Origin: an uncultured Campylobacterales bacterium
GTDB taxonomy: Bacteria; Campylobacterota; Campylobacteria; Campylobacterales; CAZCQG01
NCBI GenBank assembly: GCA_964500775.1
Contig: CAZCQG010000003.1
Location: forward strand, 13,324-77,323
Length of the DNA stretch: 64,000 nt
Direction: 5' to 3'
A program made the position numbers and the translations under genes. Below are positions 17,106 to 25,899 of the stretch, piece after piece. The notes below the pieces were generated by a model. That model was given only the letters and a program-made list of their open reading frames with translations, was not told where the DNA came from and did not search any database. Every line of letters begins with the position of its first letter. Position 1 is the first letter of the stretch.

Positions 17106-19478
17106 TCAACGAAAGCTTTTTTCAACAAGTCCTCTGTGCATCAAACCGTAAAACATCTCCAAATAACGACGAATCTCTTCTCTGTCTTTGTTGGTGACGT
17201 GTTTATAGAAGCCGTAAACTTTTGAGAGGGCGAGTAGCCTGTCGGTGTAGTGTCTCCAGTTGTACTCTTCGTTTACTCGCCGCAGCGCTTGATTTGAGAT
17301 ACTTTCCCACAATGCAAAACCGTCGTTGTTATTGTGTTCGAAAAAATCGACTAGCGTTTTTGTGGAGCGCTCTTTATCGGTAGGGTCGATATGATAGCCG
17401 CTGATTTGATCTTGTATGATCTCCAATGGACCTCCGTATTTAGTGGCGAAAACAGGAAGTCCGCTACTCATTGCCTCTATGACCGTTAGTCCAAAAGCTT
17501 CAAAAAGCGCAGGTTGGACAAACACCCCTTTTTTATCGGCGATAAAGCGATAAATCTCTCCCGAGAGTTGTTTTTCTAGCTGCACTCCGAGCCAACGACA
17601 ATCATTATCGAGGGAATATTTATCAAAAAGTGCGTGCATAGTTTGGATCTGCTCTATCTCCTCTTGGTCTTTTGATTTTTGCGTATCGGTATAGCCTGCT
17701 ACGATAAGGAGATTTGCCATACTTCTTAGGGCTTTGCTCTCGCCGTACCACTCAACTAGCGAGGTGAGATTCTTTACTTTATCAAGCCTAGCGATACTAT
17801 AGATGATGGGCTTTTCGATGTTTAGTAGCTCTCCTCTGCTTTTATCGTCGGGTTTTCCGTAGATGAGATTCTCTATCTCTTCATTGAGGAGGTATTTTCT
17901 CGATTCTCTATTATAGTAGGGGAAAAATATCTCCTCATTTGCGCCCGGAGAGATGATATTAAACTTCGGGTCTCTGACGTCTAATCCGTTTACGACCTGA
18001 TAGAGTTCGGGTAAGGTGAAATGCTTGTAGGATTCGTATTGTCCCACGCTTTTTTCATTGCCTGCTATCTCTTGATAGGTGCTCGTGATGATAAAATCCG
18101 CCGAGTTCATCGCAATCAAATCTGCGGTAAATTGGCACGAGAAGTGGTATTCGTCTTCATTGTCCCTCCAATAGAGGTCGGAGAAAAGGTATTTTGATTT
18201 TTCGAGAGCATGCGCGATGTTACATTGCGTCACTTTGAGCTGTTGCGATAAAAGGGTCGCCACGAGATTCCCATCAGAGTAGTTACCGATGATGAGATCG
18301 GGCTTTGAGCCAAATTCAAGAAGCAGCTCGTTTTTTGCATCTATGGCAAATCGTTCCAAATAGGGCCAAATCTTAAATCTCGAAATCCAAGAATCTATGA
18401 TATTGCCGCTACTATCGCTAAAAGGGACACGCAAAATCTTTGCATGCTCACATCCCCATATCTTTTCGATTCTCGTATCGCACGTCGTCCCTTCGGATTC
18501 GGGGATGAGCCTTGTGAGGACGATTATTTGGGGTTTGATATTGAGCCCTTGTGAGGCTATATTTTCCATCATCTTTTTTTCCAATGAACGCACTTGGTCA
18601 AGTATATAGACGACCTGACCTCCCGTATCGGGGAATCCAAGGACGTTTGACTGTCCGAAGAATCCGTGGGGCGAGATGATGGCTACTTTGAAGATCATCG
18701 GGATGATAGAGATAAATCTCTCCAAATCCTGCGGTTCGGGATCGAGCAGGATTTTTTGAAGGAGTTGTAGATTCTCGATTATATTTTTCTTGTTGATTCC
18801 CCAGCCGGCTTCAAAGCCTAGCGAGGTCATAGCATCTTTAAAAGAATCATAGGGCGTGTCGTCATCATAAGATCTAATATCGGTAAAAAGTGTTTCGATA
18901 GCTTGCTGCAATGTCTCTTCGGAATCAATCCTTTCATTGATCATAAAGCTGATACCTTCGTACTTATGAAGCTTCAAATAATCTAAGAAGTCTTTTCTGT
19001 ATTTTTGATTATTTTTCAAAGAGCGGCAGAGATGGATATTGAGATTCTCTATCCCTTTCCCGATAGATTGCTTATCGGGAACTTTTGGAAAATCCCTGAT
19101 AAAGGGCTCAAAATCAAGTTTGAGCGACCACGTCTCTTTATGGTGTCTCCCGACAAACTTCTCTTTAAAATCCAAATACGCGCTTGTCTTGACCTCGGTG
19201 TATTGGAGACTATCGATGTCAAACGCATAGTGCTTCCACTCTCCCACATCGGTGCGGATAGCACCGTAGAGTTTTGGATACTGCATCGTAAGTTCTTGGA
19301 TTTTATCTATGATTCCAAATATCTCTTCTTTAGAATCTTTAAGTTGTTTTGAGAAATTGTCATACGCTTTTAGTATCTCCGTCTTTAAAATTATCCTATC
19401 TCCATTTTCGATTATCCTCCGAAAAAAGATAAAAAATTCACTCTTGTATTTATTTAAAACCGATTCAATCTCGCACAT
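17106..19478 (-). CDS. sucrose synthase (GT4)
   Basis: 790 aa, the typical SuSy length. A long N-terminal regulatory region precedes a GT-B core with FVQPALFEAFGLTVIEAMSSGLPVFATKYGGPLEII. It overlaps the upstream SPS gene by 14 nt. Confidence 0.85.
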   Translation of the reverse strand: MCEIESVLNKYKSEFFIFFRRIIENGDRIILKTEILKAYDNFSKQLKDSKEEIFGIIDKIQELTMQYPKLYGAIRTDVGEWKHYAFDIDSLQYTEVKTSAYLDFKEKFVGRHHKETWSLKLDFEPFIRDFPKVPDKQSIGKGIENLNIHLCRSLKNNQKYRKDFLDYLKLHKYEGISFMINERIDSEETLQQAIETLFTDIRSYDDDTPYDSFKDAMTSLGFEAGWGINKKNIIENLQLLQKILLDPEPQDLERFISIIPMIFKVAIISPHGFFGQSNVLGFPDTGGQVVYILDQVRSLEKKMMENIASQGLNIKPQIIVLTRLIPESEGTTCDTRIEKIWGCEHAKILRVPFSDSSGNIIDSWISRFKIWPYLERFAIDAKNELLLEFGSKPDLIIGNYSDGNLVATLLSQQLKVTQCNIAHALEKSKYLFSDLYWRDNEDEYHFSCQFTADLIAMNSADFIITSTYQEIAGNEKSVGQYESYKHFTLPELYQVVNGLDVRDPKFNIISPGANEEIFFPYYNRESRKYLLNEEIENLIYGKPDDKSRGELLNIEKPIIYSIARLDKVKNLTSLVEWYGESKALRSMANLLIVAGYTDTQKSKDQEEIEQIQTMHALFDKYSLDNDCRWLGVQLEKQLSGEIYRFIADKKGVFVQPALFEAFGLTVIEAMSSGLPVFATKYGGPLEIIQDQISGYHIDPTDKERSTKTLVDFFEHNNNDGFALWESISNQALRRVNEEYNWRHYTDRLLALSKVYGFYKHVTNKDREEIRRYLEMFYGLMHRGLVEKSFR

Positions 19479-21612
19479 AATTTACCTCCCCGTCACCGAA
19501 AAAATCGTAATAGTGTATACCTTCTAATATCCCCATCGCATAGTCTTTATGGGCAAAATAGATGTTGATATTGCCTCGAAGCTTGTTTAGCTCATTGGAG
19601 TAGTTGCCCACCACTACCCCTAGCGTGCTATCTTTAAGCATCTCCTCGTCATTTCCCGAATCTCCGGCGACCAAGATATTTCCGAAAGGGACACCCCATT
19701 TTAGCGCCATAAATCGTATCGCATGCCCTTTTGAGGCGCGTATAGGCAAGATGTCCAAAAACTCGCCGTGGGAAAAAATGACATTCGCTTTGACTCCCGA
19801 GCGTCGCAGATATTTCCTGATCTCGGTGATTCTCGGAGCTTTTTTCGTATCGATAAGATAGCTGATTTTATGCTCTCGTTGTTCAAGTTTTGATTGCAGT
19901 TTGATACCCGGAATATTCGATAATAGCGACTTTATCTTAGCATTATCCCAAGCGTGGCTTATGTGCTTATTCCAAGAGTGCTCTTGTTTCCAAGTTTTGC
20001 CGTAATGAATCTCCGCTCCTACTGATGTGATAAAGAGATCAGGCGTGGGTACTCCCCATTCTTCGAGTACTTTTTTTGCGCTTTGCAGATTTCTCCCTGT
20101 CGCTACCCCGAATACCAATTTATCTTTATTGGAATCCAATACGTCGATCAGTTGTCGTAGCGAGGTATTGTCCCCTAGGAGCGTGTTGTCGATGTCGCAA
20201 ATGAGAAGGCGATTCATCAAAGAGAGTTTTTGTGTCGGTTTTAAAAATTCGACATTAGGATGTAATGCAGGCTTGATGTATTTTTCGATATTTTTAATAT
20301 AGTTATTGACGTGACTTTTCCAAGTGTAGGTTTTGGGTGTCTTTATAGTGCCGTTTCGTGAGAATTTACTCCAAAGATTCTTGTCTCTTAAGAGTTGTAA
20401 TAGAGCCTCTTGGATCTGTACTTTGTCTTGAGGATCGACCAAAATACCATTTTGGAGATTCTTGATTATATCTTTCGGACCGCCGTCATTTGTCGATACT
20501 ATCGGTACTCCACACGCAGAAGCTTCAATAAGCGTCAACCCAAACGGTTCGGTGAGCGCGGCGTTTATAAAAACTCCTTTTATATTTTTTGCATTTCTGT
20601 AAAATGAAGGAATATCTTCGGATGAATGTTTTTTCGGATAGGCGACTTTTCCGTAAAGTTCAAATTTGTCGATATGTAAGAGGACTTGCGTGAGTACTTT
20701 TCTCTGACCCGAATCCATAGCGGTGATGTCGTCTCTATTACCCAAGATCAATACGAGATTCGCCGCGGCTTGTAACTCCGTACTTTCTCCGTACGCTTCT
20801 AACAGTCTTTGGATATTCTTTCTCTCATCAGCCCTACTTATTGCTAGAATGATGGGTTTTGAGGGATCTTTGAGGAACTCATCGTAAATCTTGGCAGAAT
20901 TTTTATCGTTGATATTAGAGGTTGAGAAAAATTTTTGTTCGTCGTAGCCGGGCGGAAGTACCGTCATTTTGCTTTTTTGGTAGTTTTCGTAGATTCTGTA
21001 TTGCTCTTCTATCTCTTGAAAAGTGCTTGCGACGACGAAAGAGGCGACACTTAACGTAAATTCCTCGGCTTCGATACGCATCTCTATGTTGTACTTTTCC
21101 CTGATTTCATTAATATCGGCTCCGTTGTCCAAAAGCCTCCTTTTCTTTTCACGCCCCAAGGAGTGTCCCGTAAACACCAAGGGAATCTCTAGTAATGAGC
21201 TAAGCGAAGCACCGACATATCCCGCATCTGCATAATGGGCGTGGATAAGGGTGGGAATCATTTTGATTCTTTTAAAATGCAATAAAACTCCGTCAGTGAA
21301 ATAATCCAAATACGGCCACAATGATTCTTTGCGCAAATATCTCCGAGGACCGCACGGAATACGAATAATGGCTGCTTTTTCGGTGAGCTGTTCATATTCT
21401 TGGGAGTAGATAGGATCGAGTTTACTATCGCGAATCTGCCTCGTGATAAGATCCACCCTTGCGACTTTAGGATGCTCCGAGAGCGCTTTTGCTAGCTCTA
21501 CGACGTATCTTGTTTGCCCTCCCGTATCGGCATCTTTGCCAAGTTCGAGATTCTCTGCTCGTATGAGTCCGTGTATACTTATCAAGGCGATATATAATCC
21601 CTCCTGTTTCAT
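19465..21612 (-). CDS. sucrose-phosphate synthase fused to a sucrose-phosphate phosphatase-like HAD domain
   Basis: 715 aa. The N-terminal GT4 domain has DTGGQTRYVVELAKAL and EPFGLTLIEASACGVPIV. The C-terminal HAD domain has DIDNTL (DxDxT), GVATGR and GDSGNDEEML. Confidence 0.85.
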   Translation of the reverse strand: MKQEGLYIALISIHGLIRAENLELGKDADTGGQTRYVVELAKALSEHPKVARVDLITRQIRDSKLDPIYSQEYEQLTEKAAIIRIPCGPRRYLRKESLWPYLDYFTDGVLLHFKRIKMIPTLIHAHYADAGYVGASLSSLLEIPLVFTGHSLGREKKRRLLDNGADINEIREKYNIEMRIEAEEFTLSVASFVVASTFQEIEEQYRIYENYQKSKMTVLPPGYDEQKFFSTSNINDKNSAKIYDEFLKDPSKPIILAISRADERKNIQRLLEAYGESTELQAAANLVLILGNRDDITAMDSGQRKVLTQVLLHIDKFELYGKVAYPKKHSSEDIPSFYRNAKNIKGVFINAALTEPFGLTLIEASACGVPIVSTNDGGPKDIIKNLQNGILVDPQDKVQIQEALLQLLRDKNLWSKFSRNGTIKTPKTYTWKSHVNNYIKNIEKYIKPALHPNVEFLKPTQKLSLMNRLLICDIDNTLLGDNTSLRQLIDVLDSNKDKLVFGVATGRNLQSAKKVLEEWGVPTPDLFITSVGAEIHYGKTWKQEHSWNKHISHAWDNAKIKSLLSNIPGIKLQSKLEQREHKISYLIDTKKAPRITEIRKYLRRSGVKANVIFSHGEFLDILPIRASKGHAIRFMALKWGVPFGNILVAGDSGNDEEMLKDSTLGVVVGNYSNELNKLRGNINIYFAHKDYAMGILEGIHYYDFFGDGEVNYVRD

Positions 21613-22469
21613 AGCACTCCTTTGTAAAAATTTTTGTCGTAGCTAATCGCACCTTTGATGTCGCAAACCGCGGATGCGAGGTGCAATGCGTACTCCAAGC
21701 GCTCTTGCGTAGAAGCGCCGTGCGATAAGCCGTAAATATACCCCGCACAAAACGCATCTCCGGCGCCTACGCTATCGATAAAGTGCTTTGCGGGTTTTAT
21801 CTCGGCGGTATATTTTTTTTCTCGCGTGATGATCTCTGCACCGTCGGCACCTTTGGTGAGGATTATCTCTTTGATATTTGTCTCTTGAAAGATTTGTTGC
21901 AAAATGTCGGAATCTCGAAAGATATTTTCCGAGAGCCAAAGGAGTTCATCGGCATTTAATTTGAGATAGTCGGAATCCTCTAGGAGAAGTTTTATTTTTT
22001 GTGCATCGACGTAAGGCGGGCGGAGATTAATGTCGAAAAAAATATCGGCATTCGAGTTGTTTTTCAATATGCAAAGACTCTCATACGTGACACTACTTCT
22101 AAGTGCCAATGTGCCGTGATATAGGAGTGTATTTTCGGGTGCAATGAAGTTGCTCGGCATTTGAATATGATCGTAGGCCCTCTGCTCTAAGATTTCATAC
22201 GAAGGCTCACCGTTTATCAAAGAGACCTGTACGGCACCTGTCGGAAAAGCATTTGTTTGTAAGTCGCCATCTCGTAAGTCTAGCGTTTTATACAAACGCT
22301 TTATTTCGTTACCGGCATCGTCATCTCCTACGGCGGTAATAAAACGGGAATTTACCTGAAGATTTGTCAAGTGGTAAAAGAGGTTAAAGGGCGCGCCGCC
22401 CAAGATTTTTATGTCGCCGAAAAAATCGAACAACACCTCCCCGAAAATTAAAATATTAGAATAACTCAT
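21609..22469 (-). CDS. PfkB-family fructokinase
   Basis: 286 aa, with N-terminal GEVLFDFF..LGGAPFNL and C-terminal DSVGAGDAFCAG. It overlaps the SPS start by 4 nt. Confidence 0.75.
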   Translation of the reverse strand: MSYSNILIFGEVLFDFFGDIKILGGAPFNLFYHLTNLQVNSRFITAVGDDDAGNEIKRLYKTLDLRDGDLQTNAFPTGAVQVSLINGEPSYEILEQRAYDHIQMPSNFIAPENTLLYHGTLALRSSVTYESLCILKNNSNADIFFDINLRPPYVDAQKIKLLLEDSDYLKLNADELLWLSENIFRDSDILQQIFQETNIKEIILTKGADGAEIITREKKYTAEIKPAKHFIDSVGAGDAFCAGYIYGLSHGASTQERLEYALHLASAVCDIKGAISYDKNFYKGVL

Positions 22470-22494
22470 AGGCCATCCTTTCCTAATTATTAAG

Positions 22495-22504
22495 TGTAGA
22501 GAGG
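22495..22504 (+). promoter_or_regulatory. candidate -10 box TGTAGAGAGG (plus adjacent TAAAAT) upstream of alr
   Basis: A TGTAG box lies 46 nt upstream of the alr ATG, and a TAAAAT hexamer follows at 22505-22510. Confidence 0.3.
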
Positions 22505-22540
22505 TAAAATTCTCTCCAAAACACCACGTAATGAGTATTT

Positions 22541-23569
22541 ATGGCATATATCAAGCTTAGCAAAAAGAATCTGTTCAATAACTTAAACATTTTTAAGGAG
22601 CACCTAGGCTCGGTCGAAAAAATAGGGGCAGTATTGAAAGATAACGCCTATGGACACGGGATCGAGGAGATGGCGAAGTTATGTAATGAATATGGAATAA
22701 AACGTGCGATAGTAAAAGATTGTGCCGAAGCGAAGAAGATTTATGACCTATTTGAAGAGGTGATAGTCCTCTATCCTATGGGGATGATTTGTGATGCTCC
22801 GAACGTATCGTATGCCCTCTATTCATACGAGGATATACAAAAGTATCCTAGCGGTACGAAAGTACATTTAAAAATCGATACGGGTATGCATAGAAACGGT
22901 ATTTTCAAAGATGAAATCAAAAAGTGCTTACATACGATTTTTGAAAAAAAGATAGTGCTTTCAGGGGTTTTTACCCATTATAGAGGCGGAGACGATTTAG
23001 ATAGTTCATTGTTTGTCCAAAGAGCAGCATTTGCGGAATCTAAACAAATCGTGAGAGAGATATGTAATAGACAAAACTATCCAACTCCGTCTTTTCACTC
23101 GTGTAATAGCGCATCGGCTTTAAGGATAAATGATTTTGACGAAGAGTTTGCGAGAATCGGCATCTCAATGTACGGATACAACGAATTAGATGCACTTTTC
23201 GGTACTTTTCCGTTTGCTCCGGTGATGTCGCTCTATGCAAAAAAAATCTCTTCAAGAACACTCGAAAAAGGGGCAAGGGTAGGGTATAGCGGGGTAAGTG
23301 AAGTTGAGGAGAAGTGCGTCGTCTCTACATATGACATCGGATACGGAGACGGCTTTTTTCGACTGAATGAAAGAAGCGGAGAATATAGAACCCCCAAAGG
23401 ATATAAATTACTTCCTAGGGTTTCAATGGATTGCGTTTCTATCGTATCTAGCGATGAAGAAGTTGAAATATTTAATGACGTAGCGCCACTCGCAAAGCTA
23501 TTTGATACGATAACTTATGACGTATTGGTAAAGCTCAACTCATCGATTCCGAGAGTTGTTGTAGAGTAG
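22541..23569 (+). CDS. alr: alanine racemase
   Basis: 342 aa, with PLP-lysine context AVLKDNAYGHG and the C-terminal Tyr-containing block GYGDGF. Confidence 0.9.
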   Translation: MAYIKLSKKNLFNNLNIFKEHLGSVEKIGAVLKDNAYGHGIEEMAKLCNEYGIKRAIVKDCAEAKKIYDLFEEVIVLYPMGMICDAPNVSYALYSYEDIQKYPSGTKVHLKIDTGMHRNGIFKDEIKKCLHTIFEKKIVLSGVFTHYRGGDDLDSSLFVQRAAFAESKQIVREICNRQNYPTPSFHSCNSASALRINDFDEEFARIGISMYGYNELDALFGTFPFAPVMSLYAKKISSRTLEKGARVGYSGVSEVEEKCVVSTYDIGYGDGFFRLNERSGEYRTPKGYKLLPRVSMDCVSIVSSDEEVEIFNDVAPLAKLFDTITYDVLVKLNSSIPRVVVE

Positions 23570-23596
23570 TGAAAAATTTAAAATCAAGGTGTATGT

Positions 23597-23809
23597 ATGA
23601 ATGATGAAAATCTAGCTCTGGAGACCTCAAGAAAGGCCATTAAAATTACGCTTATTACAAGTTTGATAGTGATTATGCTCGGCATATGTCTTGCATGGAT
23701 AATGCTCAATAATACAGCGGCACTCGCGCAGCTCACCAAAGAGAAAAATGAGATGAATCTACGAATCGATGCTTTGCAGAAAAGAGTAGGGGAGCTTGAA
23801 AAGAAATAA
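23597..23809 (+). CDS. small bitopic membrane protein with C-terminal coiled coil (FtsB/DivIC-like architecture)
   Basis: 70 aa, with one TM helix (ITLITSLIVIMLGICLAWIML) followed by heptad-like LTKEKNEMNLRIDALQKRVGELEKK. The function is only guessed from this architecture. Confidence 0.35.
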   Translation: MNDENLALETSRKAIKITLITSLIVIMLGICLAWIMLNNTAALAQLTKEKNEMNLRIDALQKRVGELEKK

Positions 23810-23853
23810 GCTTAGGGCACGCCGTTAGATAACGGCGTATGAAACCCCTAAGC
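23810..23853. terminator. nested stem-loop between convergent genes, overlapping the serA 3' end
   Basis: Outer arms GCTTAGGG / CCCTAAGC enclose an inner hairpin ACGCCGTT-AGAT-AACGGCGT. The serA stop (23825-23827) lies inside the structure. Confidence 0.6.
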
Positions 23854-25411
23854 AAGCTTTGATGGATTTGAGTTCTTCGAGTACGTTTTTTTCTGCCTCA
23901 TCGTCAATAATAATAACCGCTAGCGCATGACCGTGCTTATCTCTTCCTAGTCTAAAATCGGCGATGTTTATATTGTGTTTGGCGAGTACCGTGCCAAGGT
24001 CGCCGATTACACCCGGAACGTCGGTATTTTTAAAGAGGATCATCTTTCCTTTGGGTTCGACATCAAGGTCGAAACCGTTTATCTCGACGATACGTTGCAC
24101 GTTTTCATCAAATATAGTTCCCGAAATTGTGATTGTCTCTTTTTCGGTAGTGAGTTTGATAGAGACGAGATTTTTATAGATACTGTGATTCCCTTTTTCG
24201 CAATGCTCAACATTGATACCTCGCTCTTTGGCTACATATGAAGCATTGACGTAGTTGATGTTTTCTCCGAGACTGCTACTAAGCGCACCTACGATACAGA
24301 AAGTGCTTAGCGATTCAAGGAATCTAGATATTTCACCCTCGGTTGTGACTTTTATTGATGAGATAGGTGCTTTATTTATTTGCGCCGATAAGAATCCGAT
24401 CTTTTGTGCGAGCTCTAAGTACGGTTTTACAAACGGAGGAATCTCGTTTTCTTTTATCGGTAAGTTGAGCGCATTGGGAAAGCTCACTCCTCTTGCGGCT
24501 TCGAGTGCTTGTTCTGCGGCTTGTATGGCGATACGCTCTTGCGATTCTAAGGTATTTGCACCCAAGTGCGGAGTGACGTAGATATTTGGGAGGTCAAGCA
24601 GGGGATTGCTTGTAGCCGGTTCTTTGTTGAATACGTCGATTCCCGCAACCTTGATTTTACCGCTTTTGAGACCTTCATATAACGCATCCTCATTGTAAAG
24701 ACCGCCTCTAGCGCAGTTTATGAGAATCACCCCTTCTTTCATTTTTTCGATCTCGGCTTTACCTATCATATTGATAGTCTCTTTGTTTTTTGGCGTATGG
24801 ATAGTAATGATGTCACACGCTAAAATATCTTCAAAGTTTTCGGTATACGCTACGCCCAAATCGGTAGCCTTTGAGGGCTTGATGTACGGATCGTATGTAA
24901 CCACATCCATCTCAAACCCTTTTGCGCGGACACCCACGCGGCTACCGATATTGCCGAAACCGATAATTCCGAGTTTTTTGTCTTTTAGTTCGATTCCGTA
25001 CCAATTCTCTCTTTTCCAAACCCTGTCGTTTTTCAGCTCATGGTGGGCATCGGGAAAGTTTCTCATACAGTTTAATATATGTGCCATAGTAAGTTCAACC
25101 GCGGCAATCGTGTTTGCCGTAGGGACGTTCATCACGACGATGCCTCTTTTGCTGCAACCGTCGATGTCTACATTATCCACCCCTACGCCTGCGCGCACTA
25201 TCGCTTTCATGCTTAATGCGTTGTTTAAAAAGTTTTCATCTACGTCCGTAGAGCTTCTAGTGATGCTCACATCCGCATCTTTTATCAAATCCAAAAGCTC
25301 ATCTTTCGGTATATTAGCGGCATTTACGTATTGAATATCGCTTTGTTTCGAAAGTATATCAAGCCCTTTTTGGTGTATATGATCGCACACAACAATTTTA
25401 TGCTTTTTCAT
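23825..25411 (-). CDS. serA: D-3-phosphoglycerate dehydrogenase (long form with ACT domain)
   Basis: 528 aa, with NAD-binding GIIGFGNIGSRVG, the 2-hydroxyacid dehydrogenase catalytic region and a C-terminal ACT-like segment. Confidence 0.9.
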   Translation of the reverse strand: MKKHKIVVCDHIHQKGLDILSKQSDIQYVNAANIPKDELLDLIKDADVSITRSSTDVDENFLNNALSMKAIVRAGVGVDNVDIDGCSKRGIVVMNVPTANTIAAVELTMAHILNCMRNFPDAHHELKNDRVWKRENWYGIELKDKKLGIIGFGNIGSRVGVRAKGFEMDVVTYDPYIKPSKATDLGVAYTENFEDILACDIITIHTPKNKETINMIGKAEIEKMKEGVILINCARGGLYNEDALYEGLKSGKIKVAGIDVFNKEPATSNPLLDLPNIYVTPHLGANTLESQERIAIQAAEQALEAARGVSFPNALNLPIKENEIPPFVKPYLELAQKIGFLSAQINKAPISSIKVTTEGEISRFLESLSTFCIVGALSSSLGENINYVNASYVAKERGINVEHCEKGNHSIYKNLVSIKLTTEKETITISGTIFDENVQRIVEINGFDLDVEPKGKMILFKNTDVPGVIGDLGTVLAKHNINIADFRLGRDKHGHALAVIIIDDEAEKNVLEELKSIKACLGVSYAVI

Positions 25412-25414
25412 AAA

Positions 25415-25897
25415 TTATTCCTCGTAAGTTTTATCTAGTTTGTATTCTATTCCGTATTTTTTCAGCTCTTTTAGTATGCTCTCAAGCTCGACTTTGTCGG
25501 GAGTGACGATGACGAGCTTAATATAGCCGTCTTTTTTATAATATGAGTATTCTATGCCGTTGGCTTTGAATACCTGATTGAGGCAAAAGAACTTATATGA
25601 GTCGAGCTTTTCGATCTCTATCCTGTATACCTCGATTAACTCTTTTTTTTGATTGTCTTCTAGCTTTATTTGAAGTTCTGTGGTGGGGAGCATAAATTTT
25701 TCATTCTTCTTATCCGCTAGCTCCCCAAGCCAGCCTTTATCTTGGCTAGCGACGACATCCCCTTGTAGTTCATATTCCTTCTTTACTTCAAAATTCTGCA
25801 CCTCGACCCCGCTGACGGTCTTATAGAGAAGCAGAGTCGAGAGGGCAAGAAGAATCGCTACGGAAGCTACAATTATCCAAGGGATATATTTGCGCAT
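25415..25897 (-). CDS. membrane-anchored hypothetical protein
   Basis: 160 aa, with an N-terminal TM helix (IPWIIVASVAILLALSTLLLY) and a C-terminal alpha/beta-looking region. It is wedged 2-3 nt from rpsA and serA on the same strand. Confidence 0.6.
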   Translation of the reverse strand: MRKYIPWIIVASVAILLALSTLLLYKTVSGVEVQNFEVKKEYELQGDVVASQDKGWLGELADKKNEKFMLPTTELQIKLEDNQKKELIEVYRIEIEKLDSYKFFCLNQVFKANGIEYSYYKKDGYIKLVIVTPDKVELESILKELKKYGIEYKLDKTYEE

Positions 25898-25899
25898 TT

